26,201 nt of DNA from an uncultured Candidatus Saccharibacteria bacterium. GTDB lineage: Bacteria > Patescibacteriota > Minisyncoccia > Phycocordibacterales > CAZXUM01. The notes beneath the pieces were generated by a model. It searched no databases, was not told where the DNA came from, and saw nothing but the letters and a program-made list of their open reading frames with translations. The translations under genes and the position numbers were made by a program. The stretch lies in assembly GCA_964644005.1 (NCBI GenBank), contig CAZXUM010000001.1, positions 1 to 26,201 on the forward strand, read 5' to 3'. This document shows positions 1 to 8,310 of the stretch, piece by piece (position 1 is the first letter of the stretch; the number at the start of each line of letters is the position of its first letter).

Positions 1-186
<186 letters not shown>

Positions 187-222
187 CTATCGCATACTGA
201 ATAATCGAACTAGTGTAGCACG

Positions 223-259
223 AAAAAAATCCACCGATTATGCATAGCATAATCGGTGG
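223..259 (-). terminator. Intrinsic terminator after the 273..494 ORF
   Basis: Perfect 13-bp stem CCACCGATTATGC-ata-GCATAATCGGTGG (231-259); A7 at 223-229 gives a U-tract on the minus strand. Confidence 0.85.
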
Positions 260-272
260 CGTGTGTACCCCG

Positions 273-494
273 TTAGTTGGGATACTTATCGGCGGCATCG
301 CCGCGAGGAATCGTGTGGCCAGAGGTGCTCGGTGTGGCAAGGCAGGTGCGCTGATTGCACAGACACCGTCCGTTCAGGACGAAGTGTACCGGCGATTTTG
401 CGGCAACAACCGTTCCGTCGGCGTGAATCTCGGGATGGTACTGTTGTACTGACCATCCGTGAGTGACACTCGGCAACATCGTGCTACGTTTCAT
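273..494 (-). CDS. Small hypothetical protein (73 aa) with a His/Cys cluster
   Basis: 3' part of track ORF 273..572. ATG at 494 follows GGAAAGG; flanked by a promoter (582-609) and terminator (223-259). Contains VHFVLNGRCLCNQRTC. Confidence 0.6.
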   Translation of the reverse strand: MKRSTMLPSVTHGWSVQQYHPEIHADGTVVAAKSPVHFVLNGRCLCNQRTCLATPSTSGHTIPRGDAADKYPN

Positions 495-581
495 AACGCA
501 AACCTTTCCGGCTCTATCTGTAGAGCCAACCCTTTTTTTGGTATGGAGCTTCCATATCTCTCCACGTCCCATCCGTATACA

Positions 582-609
582 ATTGTATCATATTATATAG
601 ATTTGTCAA
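582..609 (-). promoter_or_regulatory. Sigma70-type promoter TTGACA-N16-TACAAT with extended -10 TG; overlaps the 12-bp palindrome ATACAATTGTAT (577-588)
   Basis: Minus strand reads TTGACA aatctatataatatga TACAAT. Confidence 0.7.
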
Positions 610-615
610 GTACCT

Positions 616-1707
616 CTAGAGCAGCCCGTGGAATGGCCACATTAGCAATTCTTGGAGTTTCAAAATGACACCGCGGCGCTTCCACTCTGCATAGTTGATT
701 GCTGTTGCCATACGCAAGTTTTCAAAAAAATGTTGTCGCATACTTCCCACTAATTGTGGATCAGTACTACGCACCGCGATCTCGTAGTTCCACACAAAGC
801 TCAAGCTATCGAGGTTGAATGTGCCGACAAGCGTGGTCTCATCATCAATGACCGCTGTTTTTGCATGAAGAGGTGCTCCGCTGTATCTAAAAATTTTCAC
901 CTTAGCACGCAAGAGCCATGAGAAGTAGAAGTTATTAGCGCTGGTTAAAAATAAATGATTCACTCGATGTGGCACCAGTATGCGAACATCCACACTGCGC
1001 TTTGCGGCTAATCGAAGTACACGCAGCAACCGAGTGTCGGGTACAAAGTAGGGTGTGGTGAGGTATACACACTTTTTCGCCTGACGAATATGATCGATAA
1101 GCGTGTAATAGATAGCACGCTCGCCCACACGCGGAGCATTAGTAAGCACTTCCCAATCACGATGAAAGGTTCGTGGTACACGGGTCGTCAAACGACCCTG
1201 GCGATGTATGTACGATCCTTTCTTGGTATGCAGCCACATTGTTTCAAATGCAATTTTGAGTTCCTCAGCAACTGGTCCCTGAAATCGAACGTGGGCGTCA
1301 CGCCAGTCTGCCATCTCATCGGCAATATTTACACCGCCGGTATACCCAACGATACCGTCAACAACGAGTACCTTGCGGTGGTCACGAAAGAAGTTTGAGA
1401 GCAGGTTTGCAATTCTCCACACACTCACCGGATTAAAAAAGATGACTTCAATTCCCTTTTGCCGTAATTCTTCAGGAATACCTGATTGGTAGAACGTAAA
1501 ACTTCCTACCATATCGAGCAGTATGCGGACACGAACACCCTCACGGGCACGCTCTAAAAAGGCTTCAATAAAACGCCCGCCGATTGCATCGGCAGAAAAA
1601 ATGTAACTCTCAAAATCAATCGAGTTTTCAGCGATTTTAATATCTGAGAGCATTGCTTCCCACGCATCCGACGAAACAGCGTAGGTTGCTGTTGATACTG
1701 TATGCAT
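616..1707 (-). CDS. cls: Cardiolipin synthase / phospholipase D family protein (ClsB-like, no N-terminal TM helices)
   Basis: Two HKD motifs (RDHRKVLVVDG, LHAKTAVIDD), plus WRDAHVR and GTFNLDSLS; 363 aa. Confidence 0.9.
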   Translation of the reverse strand: MHTVSTATYAVSSDAWEAMLSDIKIAENSIDFESYIFSADAIGGRFIEAFLERAREGVRVRILLDMVGSFTFYQSGIPEELRQKGIEVIFFNPVSVWRIANLLSNFFRDHRKVLVVDGIVGYTGGVNIADEMADWRDAHVRFQGPVAEELKIAFETMWLHTKKGSYIHRQGRLTTRVPRTFHRDWEVLTNAPRVGERAIYYTLIDHIRQAKKCVYLTTPYFVPDTRLLRVLRLAAKRSVDVRILVPHRVNHLFLTSANNFYFSWLLRAKVKIFRYSGAPLHAKTAVIDDETTLVGTFNLDSLSFVWNYEIAVRSTDPQLVGSMRQHFFENLRMATAINYAEWKRRGVILKLQELLMWPFHGLL

Positions 1708-1718
1708 ACCTTTATAGC

Positions 1719-4262
1719 TTACTCCTTCAGCGTCCAGCCGTCTCGGGTGAATGAGTCGAGCTGTTTATATTTAATATCTTTCGTTTCACCATTTTTGGTG
1801 ATAGTAACTTTCTCATTTCTGCCTTTTTCGACCGCAGTAGGAGCAAGAGTTGGTGTTGATCGAAGTGATAATTTTTGTTCAGGCTGCATGTGTGAGGCGT
1901 GGAGAGTTGCAGGTGCGAGCACATCGGGTGTCGGCTTTCCTTCAACAGCTTCGAGTTTTACGTTTTTGAGAATCTCAATTGATTGAGTGACAATACTCTC
2001 CTGCATATCCTTGAACATAGTAAGTCCATCTTTTTTATACTCAACTAATGGATCACGCTGCCCATATGCACGGAGGTGGACGCTTGAGCGCAAGTACTCC
2101 ATTGTTTCGAGGTGCTCAACCCAAAACATATCAATTGTTTGGAGCAAAATACGGCGAGCAACTTGCCGAAAACCGTCATCGCCTAATGTCGTTCGTTGCG
2201 CTGCAATAATTGCTTTCGCCTCATCGGTGAGATGTCCGAGCGCAAACGCGTGGGTAATAGCAGCATCAAGACCCTCACCTTGTGCAAAGAGCAGTTCGCG
2301 GCGGCGGCCATACACGATAGCGCGCTGGTGGTTCATGACGTCATCATATTCGAGGGTGTGTTTGCGAGAATCGAAGTGGAACCCTTCAATTTTTGTTTGA
2401 GCAGTTTCAAGTGAGCGCGTGATGAAGTAATTTTGAATCGGCTCATCTTCAGGAATGTTAAATCGTCCCATTATTTTTTTAATGGTGTCAGCAGCAAAAA
2501 TGCGCATGAGATCGTCTCCAGTTGAAACGTAAAACTGTGTTCCACCTGCGTCACCTTGGCGTCCAGCGCGGCCGCGGAGCTGGTTATCGATACGACGAGC
2601 CTCATGACGTTCAGTACCAACAACATACAGTCCACCCAGCGCCTTTACTGCTTCGTATTCTTCTTTAGTTGCCTGTGTGCCACCAAGTTTAATGTCGACG
2701 CCACGACCAGCCATGTTTGTGGCAATAGTCACCGAACTACGTTTTCCGGCATCAGCAACAATTTGTCCTTCTTGCTCGTGGTTTTTAGCGTTCAACATGT
2801 TGAACTGTACTCCCTCACGTTTCAAGTATTCACCGAGCAACTGGTTTTTCTCAATCGACACTGTTCCAATGAGTACTGGCTGACCTTTTTTCTGAAGTTC
2901 CTTTACTTTTCGTGAGAGCGCTTTAAATTTTCCTGATTCGTTTTGAAAGATGAGGTCATTCGCATCAACACGAACAACCGGACGATGTGTCGGGATAGAT
3001 ACTACGTTCAATCGGTATACTTTCATGAACTCTTCCGCAGAGGTTGTTGCGGTACCCGTCATACCCGAGAGCTTTTTGTACATACGGAAATAGTTTTGGT
3101 ATGTAATCGAAGCGAAGGTACGTGATTCTTGCTGGACAGCGACGCCTTCTTTTGCCTCAATTGCCTGGTGCAATCCTTCTGACCATCGACGACCCGGTTG
3201 CAAGCGACCGGTAAACGTATCGACAATGACAATTGTGCCGTCTTTCACCACGTAATCAACTTCGTTTTTATACAGTGCTTTTGCTTTTACCGCAGTTTCA
3301 AGGTGGTGCACGTACTTAATACCCTTGTCGGTGTAGATATTTTCAACACCGAGAGCCTTTTCTGTTTTGGTAATACCGTTATCAGTGAGCGCAATTGAGC
3401 GAAATTTTTCATCAACGGTGTAGTCATCCTCCTTTACCAACGAGTCTGCAATCTGGGAAAATTGCGCGTAGAGCGAACCTGAATCTTCGGTCGGTGAAGA
3501 AATAATGAGCGGCGTACGCGCTTCATCAATCAAAATAGAATCGATTTCATCGACAATAGCGTAGTGGTATTCGCGCTGGCGAACTTTGTCAGTATGGTAT
3601 TCGAGGTTGTCACGGAGATAGTCGAAACCGAACTCGCTATTTGTTCCGTAGGTAATATCGGCACGGTAGGCATCTGGTCGAGCTACCGGTCGGAGAAATT
3701 CGTGCACTACTTTATAACCTCCCGCAGCATCACGAGTTTTGTCGAGCTCAGTATGTGCAGCGTCATATATATATGAAGCATCGTGGTTAAGCACTGCACT
3801 GGTGAGACCAAGTGCGTTATAGATTTGTCCCATCCATACTGTATCACGTCGCGCGAGGTAATCGTTGACTGTAATGACGTGGACACCTTTTCCTTCGAGC
3901 GCATTGAGATATGCAGGAAGTGTCGCAACGAGCGTTTTTCCTTCACCGGTTTTCATTTCAGCAATAGCTCCTGAGTTGAGAATTGCACCACCAATAAGTT
4001 GGACATCGAAATGACGTTGGTTGAGCGTGCGGCGTGCAGCCTCACGAACAGCAGCAAACGCTTCGGCTTTAATGTCTTCGGGTGTCTTCCCTGAAGCGAG
4101 TTCTGCCTTAAACTCGTGGGTTTTTGTCTTGAGCTGTTCGTCAGTGAGCGCCTGCATTGCAGGTTCAAAGCTGTTCACTTTTTCTACAAAACCCTTATAT
4201 CGCTTTACAATACGGCTCGATTCATCACCAAAGATACGGGCAAATGTGGTCGCAATTGACAT
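1719..4262 (-). CDS. secA: Preprotein translocase ATPase SecA
   Basis: MKTGEGKT Walker A, DEIDSILIDEARTPLIIS, TNMAGRGVDI, RRIDNQLRGRAGRQGD; 847 aa. Confidence 0.99.
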   Translation of the reverse strand: MSIATTFARIFGDESSRIVKRYKGFVEKVNSFEPAMQALTDEQLKTKTHEFKAELASGKTPEDIKAEAFAAVREAARRTLNQRHFDVQLIGGAILNSGAIAEMKTGEGKTLVATLPAYLNALEGKGVHVITVNDYLARRDTVWMGQIYNALGLTSAVLNHDASYIYDAAHTELDKTRDAAGGYKVVHEFLRPVARPDAYRADITYGTNSEFGFDYLRDNLEYHTDKVRQREYHYAIVDEIDSILIDEARTPLIISSPTEDSGSLYAQFSQIADSLVKEDDYTVDEKFRSIALTDNGITKTEKALGVENIYTDKGIKYVHHLETAVKAKALYKNEVDYVVKDGTIVIVDTFTGRLQPGRRWSEGLHQAIEAKEGVAVQQESRTFASITYQNYFRMYKKLSGMTGTATTSAEEFMKVYRLNVVSIPTHRPVVRVDANDLIFQNESGKFKALSRKVKELQKKGQPVLIGTVSIEKNQLLGEYLKREGVQFNMLNAKNHEQEGQIVADAGKRSSVTIATNMAGRGVDIKLGGTQATKEEYEAVKALGGLYVVGTERHEARRIDNQLRGRAGRQGDAGGTQFYVSTGDDLMRIFAADTIKKIMGRFNIPEDEPIQNYFITRSLETAQTKIEGFHFDSRKHTLEYDDVMNHQRAIVYGRRRELLFAQGEGLDAAITHAFALGHLTDEAKAIIAAQRTTLGDDGFRQVARRILLQTIDMFWVEHLETMEYLRSSVHLRAYGQRDPLVEYKKDGLTMFKDMQESIVTQSIEILKNVKLEAVEGKPTPDVLAPATLHASHMQPEQKLSLRSTPTLAPTAVEKGRNEKVTITKNGETKDIKYKQLDSFTRDGWTLKE

Positions 4263-4295
4263 TCGGCCATACTAACATATAACACTGTCGATAAA

Positions 4296-4330
4296 CAAAA
4301 ATCACTCCGTTAAAAACGGAGTGATTTTTG
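4296..4330. terminator. Bidirectional intrinsic terminator after the basic peptide gene
   Basis: Perfect 16-bp inverted repeat CAAAAATCACTCCGTT-aaa-AACGGAGTGATTTTTG. Confidence 0.88.
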
Positions 4331-4357
4331 CCGAACGTCGAGCGTTCGATTGAAAGA

Positions 4358-4453
4358 CTAACGACGAGATTTGCGTTTGGTAGCTTTCTTTTTTGTAGCC
4401 TTGCGCTTTGTTGTCTTCTTTTTTGTAGCCTTGCGAGCTTTTTTCTTTGCCAT
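4358..4453 (-). CDS. 31-aa Lys/Arg-rich histone H1/protamine-like peptide (below ORF-track cutoff)
   Basis: ATG(4453)..TAG(4358): MAKKKARKATKKKTTKRKATKKKATKRKSRR; 14 K + 5 R, no acidic residues; has its own promoter and terminator. Confidence 0.82.
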   Translation of the reverse strand: MAKKKARKATKKKTTKRKATKKKATKRKSRR

Positions 4454-4526
4454 TGTTTTTTGTCGACGAGCGACAGTTACAATTATTCAAAGAACAACTT
4501 CGACCCGAGTATTGTTCTTGTACTTA

Positions 4527-4555
4527 ATTATCAGATAGATGTGCGCATGTGTGAA
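4527..4555 (-). promoter_or_regulatory. Sigma70-type promoter TTCACA-N17-GATAAT for the basic peptide gene
   Basis: Minus strand TTCACA catgcgcacatctatct GATAAT; each hexamer 5/6 to consensus, 17-nt spacer. Confidence 0.65.
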
Positions 4556-4582
4556 TAGATTTTTGTGCGCATGTGTGGATAA
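4540..4582 (-). promoter_or_regulatory. 24-bp-period direct repeat carrying two DnaA boxes (perfect TTATCCACA at 4574-4582; CTATTCACA at 4550-4558)
   Basis: TGTGCGCATGTGTG at 4540-4553 and 4564-4577; plus strand TGTGGATAA is the reverse complement of the canonical DnaA box. Confidence 0.6.
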
Positions 4583-4601
4583 GTTTTTTTTCAAAATTAT
4601 T

Positions 4602-5612
4602 TTACGAAATGTATTGCACTTCAGTTTCAAGATGTATATTTGTTTTTTCGTGCACAACAGTGCGCAATTTTTCTGCGAGTGTTCGAACATTGTACGCAGT
4701 TGCGTGTCCATGATTTACAATAACGAGCGCTTGTTTTTCGTAGATACCTGCGTCACCTTCGCGCATGCCCTGCGCATTGCATATTTTGTCGAGTATCCAC
4801 CCCGCAGAAACTTTTACCATTGTGTGTGCAAAGGGAAACGATGGAATACCCGGGTAGGCTTTTTGTAATTGCGCCAGTGCTGCCCAGGCGATAACCGGAT
4901 TTTTAAAGTACGATCCTGCGGTGCCGAGCGCTGTCCAATCAGGTAATTTCGCGCGACGGATAGCGATAACTGTGTCACGCAATGATTGCGGCGAGAAGTA
5001 CGCGAGATTGTTTTTTTGTGCGTACTCCGCAATATCTTTGTATGACGTATCAAGCATCGCAGTGCGTGAAAGGGCGAATATCACTTTCACAATGACCCAC
5101 TCTTTGCCAGCTACTGTTTTAAAAAAACTACCTCGATACGTAAACGCACATTCGGCGTTTGAGAATGTTTTGTGTTCACCGGTAGTAGTATGTACACACA
5201 GAACGTGCGTAATAAACGCGCACACTTCTCTGCCGTATGCACCAATATTTTGTATTGGTGCTGCACCAACAGTTCCCGGAATGAGTGACAGATTCGCTAA
5301 CTCTCCGTATCCCTTAGCAACAACATATGCAACAAAATCATCCCATACCTCTCCGGCAGCAACAGTAAACGTGTCGCCCTGCTGCTCAATACCAGTGAGT
5401 GCAATGTGCATCACGAGCCCATCAAATCCTTCGTCAGCAATAAGGACATTTGAACCACCGCCGAGTACACATAATTTCCAGTTATTATTGTGTGCCCACA
5501 AACAGGCACACTGCACTTCTTCAATTGTTTTTACGGTACAAAAGTGCCGAGCGGGGCCTCCAATACGAAACGTTGTGTAGTCTTTAAGCGGCGTGTGCTG
5601 CAATAGTTGCAT
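4602..5612 (-). CDS. murB: UDP-N-acetylmuramate dehydrogenase
   Basis: TTFRIGGPA, LGGGSNVL, IPGTVGAAPIQNIGAYG, GSYFKNP, ALVIVN, LETEV. Confidence 0.97.
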   Translation of the reverse strand: MQLLQHTPLKDYTTFRIGGPARHFCTVKTIEEVQCACLWAHNNNWKLCVLGGGSNVLIADEGFDGLVMHIALTGIEQQGDTFTVAAGEVWDDFVAYVVAKGYGELANLSLIPGTVGAAPIQNIGAYGREVCAFITHVLCVHTTTGEHKTFSNAECAFTYRGSFFKTVAGKEWVIVKVIFALSRTAMLDTSYKDIAEYAQKNNLAYFSPQSLRDTVIAIRRAKLPDWTALGTAGSYFKNPVIAWAALAQLQKAYPGIPSFPFAHTMVKVSAGWILDKICNAQGMREGDAGIYEKQALVIVNHGHATAYNVRTLAEKLRTVVHEKTNIHLETEVQYIS

Positions 5613-5647
5613 AACTCCACCACTCTAGCACTTTCTTTCCCAGTAAC

Positions 5648-5683
5648 GAACAAGTCCCCGAATTACAGTTCGGGGACTTGTTC
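5648..5683. terminator. Long perfect hairpin (terminator or REP-like palindrome)
   Basis: GAACAAGTCCCCGAA-ttacag-TTCGGGGACTTGTTC, 15 bp; only weak U-rich flanks. Confidence 0.6.
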
Positions 5684-5780
5684 TTCCACCCATGCGCGGT
5701 GGACGGAGCGAGCTCCAATACAAATGATATGTGAGTGCAACCGTCCACCACGCTTAGGGAGAATTTATCTTCGTCCTCTA
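5648..5780 (-). ncRNA. Candidate small structured RNA between groEL and murB
   Basis: TATACT -10 box at 5787-5792 with no ATG after it; 9-bp stem GGTGGACGG/CCGTCCACC (5698-5706/5741-5749); ends in the 15-bp hairpin; no recognisable Rfam family. Confidence 0.4.
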
Positions 5781-5852
5781 TGACTAAGTATACACAAATT
5801 GAATACCCCGATCTATAGCAAGAGATAAAGAGGAGTTAAAATGTAGAATCTC

Positions 5853-5890
5853 GACAACAAAAAAACCGCCTTGCGGCGGGTTTTCTTGTC
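5853..5890 (-). terminator. groEL intrinsic terminator
   Basis: Minus strand CCGCC-GCAA-GGCGG followed by U7; outer GACAA/TTGTC pairing. Confidence 0.9.
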
Positions 5891-5957
5891 ATTTGTGTAT
5901 AAGAACTACGTGTGTAGCACTCACATATCAGCAGTATAGCAGATGTCAGCAGATTGG

Positions 5958-7601
<1,644 letters not shown>

Positions 7602-7913
7602 TTATTTGATAATAGCGGTAATCTCACTCTCTCGAACGATGACATACTCAACACTGTCGACGGTAATAGTATCGCCCCACTGGTAGAGCACCTCATCGCC
7701 TACAGCAACTGACACCGGAATACGTTTTCCGTCTTCAGTGCGACCAGCGCCTACAGCAACCACACGCCCGCGCTTTGTTGTCTTATCATCAGAAACACCT
7801 TCGGGAATGAATATCCCTGAATCAGTTTTTCGTGCTGAATCATTAGTAATCGCCGTCAAAATAACTCGATCCTGCAAGGGCTGGATGCGGAACTTTGTAT
7901 TGTTTTTTGCCAT
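7602..7913 (-). CDS. groS: Co-chaperonin GroES (start more likely 7913, MAKNN)
   Basis: IQPLQDRV, TDSGIFIP, GRVVAVGAGR, VAVGDEVLY, IVRESEI; directly upstream of groEL. Confidence 0.97.
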   Translation of the reverse strand: MAKNNTKFRIQPLQDRVILTAITNDSARKTDSGIFIPEGVSDDKTTKRGRVVAVGAGRTEDGKRIPVSVAVGDEVLYQWGDTITVDSVEYVIVRESEITAIIK

Positions 7914-7951
7914 ACGATTATGTATCACCATTAGTTTAGTAACGTTAAGGA

Positions 7952-7980
7952 AAAGTAACCTACTGAAGAGGGTTCGTCAA
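7952..7980 (-). promoter_or_regulatory. groESL promoter TTGACG-N17-TACTTT
   Basis: Read directly on the minus strand; 17-nt spacer. Confidence 0.65.
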
Positions 7981-7983
7981 CTA

Positions 7984-8011
7984 TTGCACGTACTCATTGA
8001 TGTGCTATAGT
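7984..8011 (+). promoter_or_regulatory. secG promoter TTGCAC-N16-(TGC)TATAGT, 8 nt before ATG
   Basis: Extended -10; back-to-back with the groES promoter. Confidence 0.65.
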
Positions 8012-8019
8012 CCTACCTA

Positions 8020-8253
8020 ATGACTCTCATCGCTTCAGCCCTGCCGTATGTGCAGATTGTGCTTGCCGCTCTCCTGGTGACTGCGGTTCTTTTACAACGT
8101 GGTGATCCAGAACTTGGAAGCGCGTTTGGCGGTGGCGATAGTGGTGGAGCGTCATACTTTACTCGCCGTGGATTTGAGAAGACTGTATTCAAAGCAACAA
8201 TCCTCTTTACCGTACTTTTCTTCGCATCTGCTATTGTTGCCTTGATTGTATAA
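8020..8253 (+). CDS. secG: Preprotein translocase subunit SecG
   Basis: 77 aa, two hydrophobic helices flanking VLLQRG...LGSAFGGG...TRRGFEK. Confidence 0.95.
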   Translation: MTLIASALPYVQIVLAALLVTAVLLQRGDPELGSAFGGGDSGGASYFTRRGFEKTVFKATILFTVLFFASAIVALIV

Positions 8254-8310
8254 GCAATTACCCCCGAGCATACTGCTCGTTTCGCCTTCTCTACCCGTTA
8301 TTTTTAAATC

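Noticed and set aside
4302-4490. Track ORF 4302..4490 (62 aa)
   Set aside because: Out-of-frame overlap of the 4358..4453 peptide and runs through its terminator.
4500-4600. Replication origin
   Set aside because: Only two DnaA boxes, no clear unwinding-element repeats, and no dnaA/dnaN/gidA nearby.
5830-5846. GAGGAG-ttaaa-ATG-TAG start-stop minigene on the plus strand
   Set aside because: No convincing plus-strand promoter upstream; a single short match is expected by chance.
5725-5930. MITE bounded by the 14-bp inverted repeats
   Set aside because: No target-site duplication, no second copy in the window, and the interval contains the native groEL terminator.
5914-5940. Possible CIRCE element (TAGCACTC-N9-…)
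   Set aside because: Right half (CAGTATAGC) does not match GAGTGCTAA, and the site lies downstream of groEL rather than at its promoter.
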